NCBI GenBank assembly: GCA_002269645.1
Contig: NIVC01001147.1
Coordinates: forward strand, 124,001 to 188,000
Source: Macrostomum lignano
Lineage: Eukaryota
Reading direction: 5' to 3'
Length of the DNA stretch: 64,000 nucleotides
How positions within the stretch are numbered: position 1 is the stretch's first letter; every line of letters begins with the position of its first letter. Of this stretch, positions 1 through 14,400 are shown in pieces. A program made the position numbers and the translations under genes. The notes under the pieces were generated by a model. The model saw only the letters and a list, made by a program, of their open reading frames with translations, searched no databases and was not told the origin of the DNA.

Positions 1-120
1 AATTGACAGACGGCGTTGGGTGCTTTAATATGCATTTAATATAAAAAAACGCTAACATTTCTACTCGCAGTAGAGCAAAGAGTCTCGATTTTCATTCTGT
101 GTTAAATGCAACTGTTTAAG

Positions 121-3100
121 CGGCCACTCTCCTCCGCACACATCTATCCAGTCAGCACTCGTTGAACGAGCCAGATCCGGTCCCGGGTTCGATTCCGACA
201 AACGACGATGAAGCCGAAACGCCAACTGGAGCTCCGCCTCAGCTAGTGCAGCAGCCGTCGTTGTCCTCGATGTCAACAACGATGCAGTCCCGCGGCCGCA
301 GCCACCGTCAGCAGTATCAGCTCGATCAGCGGCAGCAGCAGCAGGACTATCGCAGGCACAGCAGCAGCAGCCGTGGCCAGCGAGATCCGTACCGCGAGGT
401 CAGCAGACGGGCGAGCAGCTACCATCAGCACCAGCAGCAGCTTCAGAGGCTGTCAGCCGATCCAGACAGACGCGGCGGTCGCTACTACAGCGCCGGCGTT
501 GTCGGATCCAGAGAGCTGCAAGGCGGAGGTCGCTACAGCGGCGACCTCGGCGGTTCGTCAAGTAGGCGGCACAGCTCGTTGAGCTCCGAACCTGGAGGCC
601 GCTACCGATCTTACCAGCAGCAGCACCAGCACCAGCGCCAGCACCGGTCCAGCCTGAGCTCCAGCGAGGAGGACGAACAACAACAACAACAGCTGATGAA
701 TAGCTACGGCTGGGACGATTCCGGCTTCGACACGTTTAGCGAGATTGGTTTGTAGCTTTAATAACTGAACTGCATAACTGAAACCGAATCCTCTGATCAA
801 TTAGTTTCTTATTGAAGTTTATCTGGTTTCATTTTAGGTCAGGACCGGCGACATCCGGCGGCTATTGACGCCAAAGTGAAAAGCTTTCTTTCGGTAAGTT
901 CTGCTGCTTGTACCTGCTACTTCAATGATCCACTCCTGTTGCTGATAAAATGGAGTGACCACCACCACCCCTGTTGCTGATAAAATGGAGTGACCACCAC
1001 CACCCCTGTTGCTGATAAAATGGAGTGACCACCACCATCCCTGTTGCTGATAAAATGGAGTGACCACCACCACCCCTGTTGCTGATAAAATGGAGTGACC
1101 ACCACCATCCCTGTTGCTGATAAAATGGAGTGACCACCACCACCCCCAGCCGCTGATTAAATGGGGTAGCCACCCCTGCTGCTGATATAATAAACTGGGG
1201 CCACCACCGCTGCTGCTGATAAAATTGGGTAGCCACCCCTGCTGCTGATATAATAAACTGGGGCCACCACCCCTGTTGCTGATAAAATGGAGTGACCACC
1301 ACCACCCCTGCTGCTGATAAAATGGAGTGACCACCACCACCCCTGCTGCTGATAAAATGGAGTCACCACCACCACCCCTGTTGCTGATAAAATGGAGTCA
1401 CCACCACCACCCCTGCTGCTGATAAAATGGAGTCACCACCACCACCCCTGTTGCTGATAAAATGGAGTCACCACCACCACCCCTGTTGCTGATAAAATGG
1501 AGTGACCACCACCACCCCTGTTGCTGATAAAATGGAGTGACCACCACCACCCCTGTTGCTGATAAAATGGAGTGACCACCACCACCCCTGTTGCTGATAA
1601 AATGTAGTCACCACCACCACCCCTGTTGCTGATAAAATGGAGTGACCACCACCACCCCTGTTGCTGATAAAATGGAGTGACCACCACCACCCCTGCTGCT
1701 GATAAAATGGAGTGACCACCACCACCCCTGTTGCTGATAAAATGGAGTGACCACCCCTGCTGCTGATAAAATGGAGTGACCACCACCACCCCCAGCCGCT
1801 GATAAAATGGAGTCACCACCACCACCCCCAGCCGCTGATAAAATGGAGTCACCACCACCACCCCCAGCCGCTGATAAAATGGAGTCACCACCACCACCCC
1901 TGCTGCTGATAAAATGGAGTCACCACCACCACCCCTGTTGCTGATAAAATGGAGTGACCACCACCACCCCTGCTGCTGATAAAATGTAGACACCACCCCT
2001 GCTGCTGATAAAATGGAGTGACCACCCCTGCTGCTGATAAAATGGAGTGACCACCACCACCCCCAGCCGCTGATAAAATGGAGTCACCACCACCACCCCT
2101 GCTGCTGATAAAATGGAGTCACCACCACCACCCCTGTTGCTGATAAAATGGAGTCACCACCACCACCCCTGCTGCTGATAAAATGGAGTCACCACCACCA
2201 CCCCTGTTGCTGATAAAATGGAGTGACCACCACCACCCCTGCTGCTGATAAAATGTAGACACCACCCCTGCTGCTGATAAAATGGAGTCACCACCACCAC
2301 CCCTGCTGCTGATAAAATGGAGTCACCACCAGCACCGCTGCTGCTGATAAAATGGGGTAGCCACCCCAGCTGCTGATATAATAAACTGGGGCCACCACCC
2401 CTGCTGTCAATAATAATCTCAATTCAGCAATCCTATTTATAAAATGCGCTCGTTCTTTACGCCGCAATCTTTCTTCTTCATGTGGATCCACACAACGCAT
2501 ATTTAAAAGTTCTTTGCCCGTAGCTTCGAATCTAATTATGAAGAAGCACATGAAGCAACAACTGTGCTTGCTAATTAGCTGAAAAAACAAAGCATGGTGC
2601 TGCTGAAGAGAATTAATTATATTTATAATTAACCTAATTTACCTCTGTTTGCACCCGATAATTAACTGCGAATTCGCATCAACTAGCATTATTAGCAACG
2701 CGCATAGTTTCTCCATGCCGCATTAGCGAACACACCTCAGTGCCTGCAACCTGTTTGTCCCGTGTCCCGGATCGTCCCCACACCCCGCGATCAAGGCGCT
2801 TTTGGAATCGGGCGGAGCAGCCGCACCTGCCAACCAAGCGTGGATAATTCTTTTTCGGTCGAATTTTTTTTCGATTTTTTACCTTATCTCTGTAGAGCAG
2901 GTGATCCGGCGAAATTTCTGTGTTGCTGGGAAGCAGCAAAACTGGATCGATGATGAAAGCCACAGAAAATGAATTAAGCGCGGCGTTGAACCACCCGTCT
3001 CTGGATAAAAAACCACCAACTAATCTATCATGTTTTATCGCGACTTGCGGTCTGGGGGAGACAGTCAGTTCAAATCGCAGCCTGCGGCTCTGCACTTTAC

Positions 3101-5393
3101 AACTCAAGGCAGATTTGGGGAGATTTTCTTAGTAGACAGGCAAGGTAAAAGAGGAAAGGGAAAGAGCTAGACACCTGTAGGTCAATATTCGTTAAAACTC
3201 ACGAATTTCAGCATCCCGTGGCTTGGCAGCTGTCGAATGATCGCAAACGCCTGATAGGCCATATGCTGCTGAAGAAGGAGACTGACCAGCATGGCAACAC
3301 TGTTGACCTGGGTGAGGCATGGGATCAGAGAGACATGGGATCAGAGAGACATGGGATCAGAGAGACATGGGATCAGAGAGACATGGGATCAGAGGGACAT
3401 GGGATCAGAGAGACATAGGATCAGAGAGACATGGGATTAGAGAGATATGGGATCAGACATGGGATCAGAAAGAAATGGGATCAGAGACATGGAATCAGAG
3501 ACATGGGATCAGAGAGGCATGGGATCAGGGACATGGGACCAGAGGGACATGGGATCAGAGAGACATGGGATCAGAGAGACATGGGATCAGAGAGACATGG
3601 GATCAGAGAGGCATGGGATCAGGGACATGGGACCAGAGGGACATGGGATCAGAGAGACATGGGATCAGAGAGACATGAGATCAGAGAGACATGGGATCAG
3701 AGGGACATGGGATTAGAGGGACATGGGATTAGAGGGACATGGGATCAGAAAGAAATGGGATCAGGGACATGGGATCAGAGAGACATGGGATCAGGGACAT
3801 GGGATCAGAGAGACATGGGATCAGGGACATGGGATCAGAGAGACATGGGATCAGGGACATGGAATCAGAGAGGCATGGGATTAGAGGGACATGGGATCAA
3901 AGAGACACGAAATCAGAGAGACATGGGATCAGAGAGACATGGGATCAGAGAGACATGGGATCAGAGAGACATGGGATTAGAGGGACATGGGATTAGAGGG
4001 ACATGGGATTAGAGGGACATGGGATCAGAGAGACATGGGATCAGAGGGATATTCGATCAGAAATAGTTTCACCTTAATCACCTCCCTGACCTCCTAACCG
4101 CAGGTCTGAAGGTGATAGGAGGCAAGAGGACTCACTCAGGGAGGCTGGGCGCCTTCATCACCAACGTGAAGCCGGACAGTGTGGCGGACCAGGTTGGCGA
4201 TCTCAGACCTGGCGACGAGGTGCTCGAATGGAACGGCTGCTCGTTGAAGTCTCTGGACTTCCAGGAGGTCTACGACATCTTGGTCGACTCAAAGCTCGAC
4301 AAGCAGGTTGAGCTGATTGTGCAACGTTTCATCGAGTAAGTGCGAGGGATAGACTAGCAATCCATTTCATCTGTGCCGGATGCAGGCTTAAATGTACTTT
4401 TAAAAAGTTCTTTTCCGCGCGTGGGCGGTGAAAATAACTGCTTCTGTCCTTGCTAAAAAAGTACAACTGCGGTCGGTCGCGGCCCAGCTGCTGCTGATCG
4501 GAAAGAGAGACCTCTCGATAGGCTGACGCCGCATTTCAGATGTATCAGTACGTTAATCAACAAAAACTCTGACTCATCGAGGTCAGGGAAGCTTTGACTC
4601 CAACTGAATGCAAGTATAGAGATCGATATATACATACTGATATAAAAGTGCATCCCTGAGAGTTGCACTTTCCTCGGGACTCGGGGGCCGAGCTGACCCG
4701 AACACGCCAGCAGAAACTTCGATTGGCTGAGCGCTCGCATCGGCGGATTATTAATTAGGCTAATTAGCATATTCCCGGACCGGCCCTTTGCTGAATAGTC
4801 GGTCGATCGGGCCGGCCTCACCTTATCTTGAGAGGGGGGAGCGAGGCCTCCTGGGGATATCATTGCCGGCTCTGAGAGTCCGTGATGAGTATGAGAGGCT
4901 TGAGATGGAGCTGAGAGGCTGGGAGAGGCCCATCGCCGCTCCCGGCCGGTCCCATCGGTCGTGTATCTGGCGAGGGAGAGAAAAAACGATGAGGTCCTTC
5001 AGTCCCTTAATCCGCGGCCTCTCCTCGCCATCTCCTGTCGAGAAAACTGCTTCCGGGGTGGTGCGTCACGCAGGCCGTCCGGCATCCCAGCATCCCGCCT
5101 CACCTCGGACTGCTCGGCCATTAAATTGGCCAAATTTTCCACCCCGCAAGGTCGGGTGCATTCTTCGGCGATAGGGGCCACTAATGACCTCTTCAGCTCT
5201 GGCATTTACTCCCGTCCACTGTCTATCTATCTATCTATCTATCTATCTGTCTATCTATCTATTTATCTTTCTATCCATCTGTCTATCTGTCTATCTATCT
5301 TTCTATCTATCTGTCTATCTGTCTATCTATCTATCTGTCTATCTATCTATCTGTCTATCTATCTATCTGTCTATCTGTCTATCTGTCTATCTG

Positions 5394-5475
<82 letters not shown>

Positions 5476-8400
5476 ACTCCAACTCTCCATTGCAGCAACA
5501 GTGCCTACAGAGACAGACCGCTGAGCCGGGCCAGTCAAGGTAAGCAGCTATCTCACGGAGTTGAAGCACAAGTCCTATTAAATAGAGACCTCATATAGTC
5601 AGAGGTAAAGCTGTCGAAGGAGAACAAAGGAGACAGCAGGCAGACGTGTTATAAGGATTAGCAGGGATTAAATAACGGACAGTTCAAGCGGAAAGGCAGT
5701 TTGCAGTACAGAATGGATATGAATATATTCTTCAACTATCCTTTGCGATTCTCTCGCAACTTGAGATGCGGTCGGTTTGTGGCCGGTCTTTGAAGTGTCC
5801 CAACCGACTCTCCCTACAGATCTCTTGAGTCTGTGTCTCTTCAGTCTAGTTTGGTTGAAGCAGCTTTTGTACTCAGTAGAATTCACTTTCAGCCCGTCGC
5901 TCCGGCTGTCTGCGATATCTGAGTGGCACGTTTTAGAACTCTTTTTGTGTTACGTCACATTTCGTAATTTTTAGTTTTCGAAAAAAGTGTTCGCCATTCC
6001 CTCAAAGTCTTAAACATCATTATCTTCATAATTATAATGGCTCACCCATAATATTTCATCAACCCCAAGAAGCTTCATCCACCAGAATCCTAATCATCAC
6101 TTACATTCTTCATCAAGCCCTCAGAATCCTCATCATCTGAGGGATTCTTCACCAGCCCTCAGAATCCTCATCACACCTCAGAATCTTCATCAGCCTCCGG
6201 AATCCTCATCGCCCCTCAGAATCTTCATTAGCCTCCAGAATCCTCATCACACCCCAGAATCTTCCTCAGCCTCCAGAATCATCATCATACCTCAGAATCC
6301 TCATCACCCCTCAGAATCTTCATCATCCTCCAGAACCCTCATCATCCCTCAGAATCTTCATCATCCTCCAGAACCCTCATCATCTCTCAGAATCTTCAAC
6401 AGCCTCCAGAATCCTCATCACCCCTCAGCATCTTAATCATCTTCCAGAATCCTCCAATCATCACCCCTAAGGTATTTATAATCCCTCAGCATGTTTATCA
6501 ACCCCCAGCATTCTCAAACTCTTCAGAATCTTCATCAGCCTCCAAAATCCTCATCACCCCTTAGAATCTTCCTCAGCCTCCAGAATCCTCATCACCCCTC
6601 AAGAAGCTTCATCTGCCTCCAGAATCCTCATCACCCCTCCAGAAGCATCATAATCTCAAAGATCCTTCATCACCCCTAGAATCCCCCACACCCCTTAGAA
6701 GCGTAACAATTCCCCAGCTGGACAAACGATCCCAGCTGGCACTGCAGGTATCCAAGCAACATTCAGACGTCTCCCCCCCCCCAGTGGCCGGTCGTGTGAC
6801 GACTCGCGCAGCCTCTCAGGAGTCCAAGCGCTCAGCTGCGGCGGCCAACGCCGGTCGAATCCAGCTGAAGTTCTGGTACGACTTCGACAGCGCCAGCCTG
6901 AGCGTCGGCCTGCTGTCAGCCTTCAACTTGGTGCCCCCGGCCAGGAACCAGCTGTCCAATGCGTTCGTTGTGCTCAACCTGCTGCCTTATCTGAAGTGAG
7001 AACTCTAGTTTCTGAAGTTTAGAAACATTACCAGAGCTCAAAATCACATCATCAGAACTCAAAATCACATCATCAGAGCTCAAAATCACATCATCAGAGC
7101 TCAAAATCACATCATCAATGTTCAAAATCACATCATCAATGTTCAAAATCACATCATCAATGTTCAAAATCACATCATCAATGTTCAAAATCACATCATC
7201 AGAGTTCAAAATCACATCATCAGAATTCAAAATCACATCATCAATGTTCAAAATCACATCATCAGAGCTCAAAATCACATCATCAATGTTCAAAATCACA
7301 TCATCAGAGTTCAAAATCACATCATCAGAGTTCAAAATCACATCATCAGAGTTCAAAATCACATCATCAATGTTCAAAATCACATCATCAATGTTCAAAA
7401 TCACATCATCAATGTTCAAAATCACATCATCAGAGCTCAAAATCACATCATCAGAATTCAAAATCACATCATCAATGTTCAAAATCACATCATCAGAGCT
7501 CAAAATCACATCATCAGAGTTCAAAATCACATCATCAGAGCTCAAAATCACATCACCAGAGCTCAAAATCACATCATCAGAGTTCAAAATCACATCATCA
7601 GAATTCAAAATCACATCATCAGAGTTCAAAATCACATCATCAGAATTCAAAATCACATCACCAGAGCTCAAAATCACATCATCAGAGTTCAAAATCACAT
7701 CATCAGAATTCAAAATCACATCATCAGAGTTCAAAATCACATCATCAGAGTTCAAAATCACATCACCAGAGCTCAAAATCACATCATCAGAATTCAAAAT
7801 CACATCATCAGAATTCCAAATCGCATCATCAGAGCTCAAAATCACATCATCAGAGTTCAAAATCACATCATCAGAGCTCAAAATCACATCACCAGAGCTC
7901 AAAATCACATCACCAGAGCTCAAAATCACATCACCAGAGCTCAAAATCACATCATCAGAATTCAAAATCACATCATCAGAGCTCAAAATCACATCATCAG
8001 AGCTCAAAATCACGCGATCACGCCGCCATTTCCTGCTTCCCAGCGAGCGCCGCCAATCAAAGATAGTGTCGTACAACAACGATCCGATGTGGAATCAGAA
8101 TTTCGTATTCGCGCCAGTAACCGAGGACGACATTCGCGATGGCAGCCTTCGGGTTGAAGTTCTGGACTACGACGATTTCAACGGATCTGAAAGTATTGGC
8201 GAGGTGAGCTGCGGTTCAGTCGATCACAGCGCATCAGCACCATCGCTAAGCTTCAAAAGAGCAAAGCAATTTTTCTGCTTCATTCCAGGTGGAAATCGTT
8301 CTGTCGGATTGCAAGTTTAACGATCAACCCAACTGGTTTCGGCTGGCCTCACGGTGGGAGTCCAATGCAACACCGACACCTGTGAGGGCCTTGCTGGCTT

Positions 8401-11400
8401 GAGACTTTTGAAGTTTGTAGTCTTTTGGGGCTGTGTAATCCCACTGATTGCTCACTGACTGCTCACTGACAGGGCTGTGTAATCCCACTGATTGCTCACT
8501 GACTGCTCACTGACAGGGCTGTGTAATCCCACTGATTGCTCACTGACTGCTCACTGACAGGGGCTGTGTAATCCCACTGATTGCTCACTGACTGCTCACT
8601 GACAGGGCTGTGTAATCCCACTGATTGCTCACTGACTGCTCACTGACAGGGCTGTGTAATCCCACTGATTGCTCACTGACTGCTCACTGACAGGGCTGTG
8701 TAATCCCGCTGATTGCTCACTGACAGGGGCTGTGTAATCCCGCTGATTTCTCACTGACTGTTCACTGACAGGGCTGTGTAATCCCGCTGATTGCTCACTG
8801 ACAGGGCTGTGTAATCCCGCTGATTGCTCACTGACAGGGCTGTGTAATCCCACTGATTGCTCACTGACTGCTCACTGACAGGGCTGTGTAATCCCACTGA
8901 TTGCTCACTGACTGCTCACTGACAGGGCTGTGTAATCCCACTGATTGCTCACTGACTGCTCACTGACAGGGCTGTGTAATCCCACTGATTGCTCACTGAC
9001 TGCTCACTGACAGGGCTGTGTAATCCCGCTGATTGCTCACTGACTGCTCACTGACAGGGCTGTGTAATCCCACTGATTGCTCACTGACAGGGCTGTGTAA
9101 TCCCACTGATTGCTCACTGACAGGGCTGTGTAATCCCACTGATTGCTCACTGACAGGGCTGTGTAATCCCACTGATTGCTCACTGACTGCTCACTGACAG
9201 GGCTGTGTAATCCCACTGATTGCTCACTGACAGGGCTGTGTAATCCCGCTGATTGCTCACTGACAGGGCTGTGTAATCCCACTGATTGCTCACTGACTGC
9301 TCACTGACAGGGCTGTGTAATCCCACTGATTGCTCACTGACAGGGCTGTGTAATCCCGCTGATTGCTCACTGACAGGGCTGTGTAATCCCACTGATTGCT
9401 CACTGACTGCTCACTGACAGGGCTGTGTAATCCCACTGATTGCTCACTGACTGCTCACTGACAGGGCTGTGTAATCCCGCTGATTGCTCACTGACTGCTC
9501 ACTGACAGGGCTGTGTAATCCCACTGATTGCTCACTGACTGCTCACTGACAGGGCTGTGTAATCCCACTGATTGCTCACTGACTGCTCACTGACAGGGCT
9601 GTGTAATCCCGCTGATTGCTCACTGACTGCTCACTGACAGGGCTGTGTAATCCCACTGATTGCTCACTGACAGGGCTGTGTAATCCCGCTGATTGCTCAC
9701 TGATTGCTCACTTACAGGGCTGTGTAATCCCACTGATTGCTCACTGACTGCTCACTGACAGGGCTGTGTAATCCCACTGATTGCTCACTGATTGCTCACT
9801 TACAGGGCTGTGTAATCCCACTGATTGCTCACTGACTGCTCACTGACAGGGCTGTGTAATCCCACTGATTGCTCACTGACTGCTCACTGACAGGGCTGTG
9901 TAATCCCGCTGATTGCTCACTGACTGCTCACTGACAGGGCTGTGTAATCCCACTGATTGCTCACTGACTGCTCACTGACAGGGCTGTGTAATCCCACTGA
10001 TTGCTCACTGACTGCTCACTGACAGGGCTGTGTAATCCCGCTGATTGCTCACTGACAGGGGCTGTGTAATCCCGCTGATTTCTCACTGACTGTTCACTGA
10101 CAGGGCTGTGTAATCCCGCTGATTGCTCACTGACAGGGCTGTGTAATCCCGCTGATTGCTCACTGACAGGGCTGTGTAATCCCGCTGATTGCTCACTGAC
10201 AGGGCTGTGTAATCCCACTGATTGCTCACTGACTGCTCACTGACAGGGCTGTGTAATCCCACTGATTGCTCACTGACTGCTCACTGACAGGGCTGTGTAA
10301 TCCCACTGATTGCTCACTGACTGCTCACTGACAGGGCTGTGTAATCCCACTGATTGCTCACTGACTGCTCACTGACAGGGCTGTGTAATCCCACTGATTG
10401 CTCACTGACTGCTCACTGACAGGGCTGTGTAATCCCGCTGATTGCTCACTGACAGGGGCTGTGTAATCCCGCTGATTTCTCACTGACTGTTCACTGACAG
10501 GGCTGTGTAATCCCGCTGATTGCTCACTGACTGTTCACTGACAGGGCTGTGTAATCCCGCTGATTTCTCACTGACTGTTCACTGACAGGGGCTGTGTAAT
10601 CCCGCTGATTTCTCACTGACTGTTCACTGACTGACAGGGGCTGTGTAATCCCACTGATTTCTCACTGACTGTTCACTGACTGACAGGGGCTGTGTAATCC
10701 CACTGATTGCTCACTGACTGTTCACTGACAGGGGCTGTGTAATCTCACTGATTGCTCACTGACAGGGCTGTGTAATCCCACTGATTGCTCACTGACTGTT
10801 CACTGACAGGGGCTGTGTAATCCCGCTGATTTCTCACTGACTGTTCACTGACAGGGGCTGTGTAATCCCACTGATTGCTCACTGACAGGGCTGTGTAATC
10901 CCGTTGATTTACAATCAACAAAGTGTTTTAATCACAGACATGATTGACAGATGACAGGGTATTGCAATCACAGATATGTGTGACAGATGACAGGTTATGG
11001 CAATCGCAGATATGTGTGACAGATGACAGGTTATGGCAATCGCAGATATGTGTGACAGATGACAGGTTATGGCAATCGCAGATATGTGTGACAGATGACA
11101 GGTTATGGCAATCACAGATATGTGTGACAGATGACAGGGTATGGCAATCACAGATATGTGTGACAGATGACAGGGTATGGCAATCACAGATATGTGTGAC
11201 AGATGACAGGGTATGGCAATCACAGATATGTGTGACAGATGACAGGGTATGGCAATCACAGATATGTGTGACAGATGACAGGTTATGGCATTGACAGATG
11301 ACAGGGTGGTGTAATCACAGATATGATTGACAGATGACAGGGTGGTGTAATCACAGATATGATTGACAGATGACAGGGTGGTGTAATCACAGATATGATT

Positions 11401-14400
11401 GACAGATGACAGGGTGGTGTAATCACAGATATGATTGACAGATGACAGGGTGGTGTAATCACAGATATGATTGACAGATGACAGGGTGGTGTAATCACAG
11501 ATATGATTGACAGATGACAGGGTGGTGTAATCACAGATATGATTGACAGATGGCAGGGTATGGCAATCACAGATATGATTGACAGATGACATGGTATGGC
11601 AATCACAGAAATGATTGACAGATTTAAGTGTTACTATAACTGTGTCACCGCGGTCCAATCAAGTTTACTTTTGGCTAACCAATAAAACAAATAATGAAGC
11701 TGTGACACACGCACTGTCGGACTGCCGGGGCGGAGTCGCACTTTTGGTTCTCAGCTCCCCCCTCTCCCTGTGCCCCCCGCTGGGTTGGTTTGTCCCCCTG
11801 TCATCATCATCTTTCTCTCGCCCAGCTCAACGCGACACTCTGGGAATGGGGACGGGAGGAGAGGCTGGTATCGCCGGGTATTGCGTGGATTTGGGATTTC
11901 GGATTCTGACTGGGACGAATTGGAGAATAGGGAGAGCTCTGCTCCTTGCCGACTCGCCGCTGTCCCCCTACTCCCCCTCCTCCCCCCTCCTCTCCCATAT
12001 TAACTGAAGCGCCATTCGCGCGCCCCGTGGTGCCACTCCGTCTGCTTCCTTCTCAGTCTGTCTGCCCTTAAAAACCCTTTTTCGAGTTAATAGAAGATAT
12101 CAGAGCACTGCAACACTAACCACACGTCTGCCTGGACTGCTCACAGATGTACCCCGACCGGCTCAGCGAGAATCACCGTTCGGCGGCACAGCGAGCGGAT
12201 AGAGGTGAGCCGTCTGCGTGACAATCATCTTCCTCTTAGCGACTCACTGTCCTCTTATTGGCGCCTCATTGTCCTCTTATTGGTGACTCACTGTCCTCTT
12301 ATTGGTGACTCACTGTCCTCTTATTGGCGACTCACTGTCCTCTTATTGGCGCCTCATTGTCCTCTTATTGGTGACTCACTGTCCTCTTATTGGTGACTCA
12401 CTGTCCTCTTATTGGTGACTCACTGCCCTCTTATTGGCGACTCACTCTCTTCCTCTTGGCGCCTCACTGTCCTCTTATTGGCGACTCATTGTTCTCTTAT
12501 TGGCGACTCATTCTCTTCCTCTTGGCGCCTCACTGTCCTCTCATTGGCACCTCATTTATATACAGTAAGAAATGGAGTAGTCATTGAGTATGCATAAGTT
12601 ATATATTAGAGTGCTTGCCAGCCTCAGTGGACTAACTACTTCACTTCTACTCACCTCCCGGGGCTCTTGTTGTATACACAAAGCCGCTAAATTACTATGC
12701 TTCAGAAGCGAACTCAATGAACCCTAAGCAGTGCAACCGCAATCAGACTGGCTGCTACCTGCTTTTAGCTAAACAATGAACTTTAAATTAGAGAGTACTT
12801 GTACTTTTCTCTACTTTACCAGATTGTACTCGTACTGTACGAGTCGTATAACTGGCTATTTAATAAAAGTACAAAGGGAGGGGGTTGTAGCTTAGTGGTC
12901 AGAGCGTCGGACTCACAACTGCAAGGTCGGGGGTTCGATTCTCGATCCACTCGGAACAAATTGTGTCCTTGAGCAAGACACTTAACTCTGCATAGCTTCA
13001 GTTCACCCAGCTGTAAAATGGGTGCCAGCATTAGCTGGGGTAATTGAGGGTGTGTGGCGACCCCCCAGTCCTTGGACTGAACAGCCGTACGCAGCCTTCA
13101 GATGCGCCGCGCAATAGCTGCGGCTGAGCTGTCGGTTGCATATCTTCCCATTAGGGCGGGTGTAATTAATTATTATTATCATTAAAAGTACAAATAAATT
13201 TAATAGTGAAGGCAGAGCAGTTCAGCGTTAAACCCATCTGACTCTGATGCCACTAGCTTACAATTAGAAAGTCCCCTTATGTACACCTGTACACCTGTAC
13301 ACCTGTACACCTGTACACCTGTACACCTGTAGACCTTGTGTGAGCGTGTAAATTGCGTACCAATCCGTTTGCGCGCTCTGTGGTCAGCTGAATGGGGCCG
13401 ACCGTAGCTTTGACATGCGGCATAAAGCAAGCGATTAACAGTGCAATTATACAATACCTGTCGCTATGGCAACACCCAGTGCTAAAAATAGTCTGACAAT
13501 TTTAGTCGGCAAAAAGGACTCACAATCGCACTGTGAATTGCCTCAATTCTGCAAATCTGCTCGGTCAATATTGCGGACAATAAAAGCCTCAGTGTCTGCT
13601 ATATCCGGCTTTTATGTCGCATCCAGCCTCCCTAAAGAGCCCATTTAACGCCTGCTGATAATGGAAGTCGCCTGCATGTATGGCGCATATGCCATGCCAG
13701 CTCGCTAGTGCAGTACCGATAAGGGAGGGGTTGCCGCAATCGCTGCTGCATGCATATTGCATTAGTTTTGTTGCCATGCCAGTAGCAGCAGCCGCTCTAA
13801 CAAGCGATGCTCATGCGCGCCTCTTGTAGGTATTTCGGGGATTGCAGTTGTTTGCCAAGGCTGAAACCTCTGCCTTTGTCTGAGCGACAACAACTTACAC
13901 TGAATGGGCAATCAGAATGTCGACTCCCAATGTTACTTAGGTGTCCCACGAATGTCATTTAGAATGTCACTCAGAATGGCACAACTGAATGTCACTCACT
14001 TTCTCGGCACTCCGAATGTCACTCCCATTGTCACCCACTTTCTTGGCACTCCGAATGTCACTCCCATTGTCACCCACTTTCTCGGCACTCCGAATGTCAC
14101 TCAAATTGTCACGCTCTTTCTCAGCACTCCGAATGTCACTCAAATTGTCACGCTCTTTCTCAGCACCCCTAATGTCACTCAAATTGTCACTCACTTTCTC
14201 GGCACTCCGAATGTCACTCCCATTGTCACTCACTTTCTCAGCACTCCGAATGTCACTCAAATTGTCACTCACTTTATCGGCACTCCGAATGTCACTCAAA
14301 TTGTCACTCACTTTCTCAGCACTCCGAATGTCACTCAAATTGTCACTCACTTTCTCGGCACTCCGAATGTCACTCAAATTGTCACGCTCTTTCTCAGCAC

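Noticed and set aside
186-196. Pol III B-box GGTTCGATTCC
   Set aside because: Lies within a RIM coding exon without an A box or SINE body; likely chance.
6916-8320. 387-aa and 400-aa ORFs (DDVILNS / FKITSSE repeats)
   Set aside because: Read-through of a 21-bp intronic array. Retention of the intron hits TGA immediately after the donor (AA|G TGA), so these are not part of RIM.
12882-12955. tRNA gene calls at SINE heads (also 35580-35655, 47686-47760, 58610-58689)
   Set aside because: A and B boxes are present but no complete cloverleaf is evident, and they continue into shared SINE bodies.
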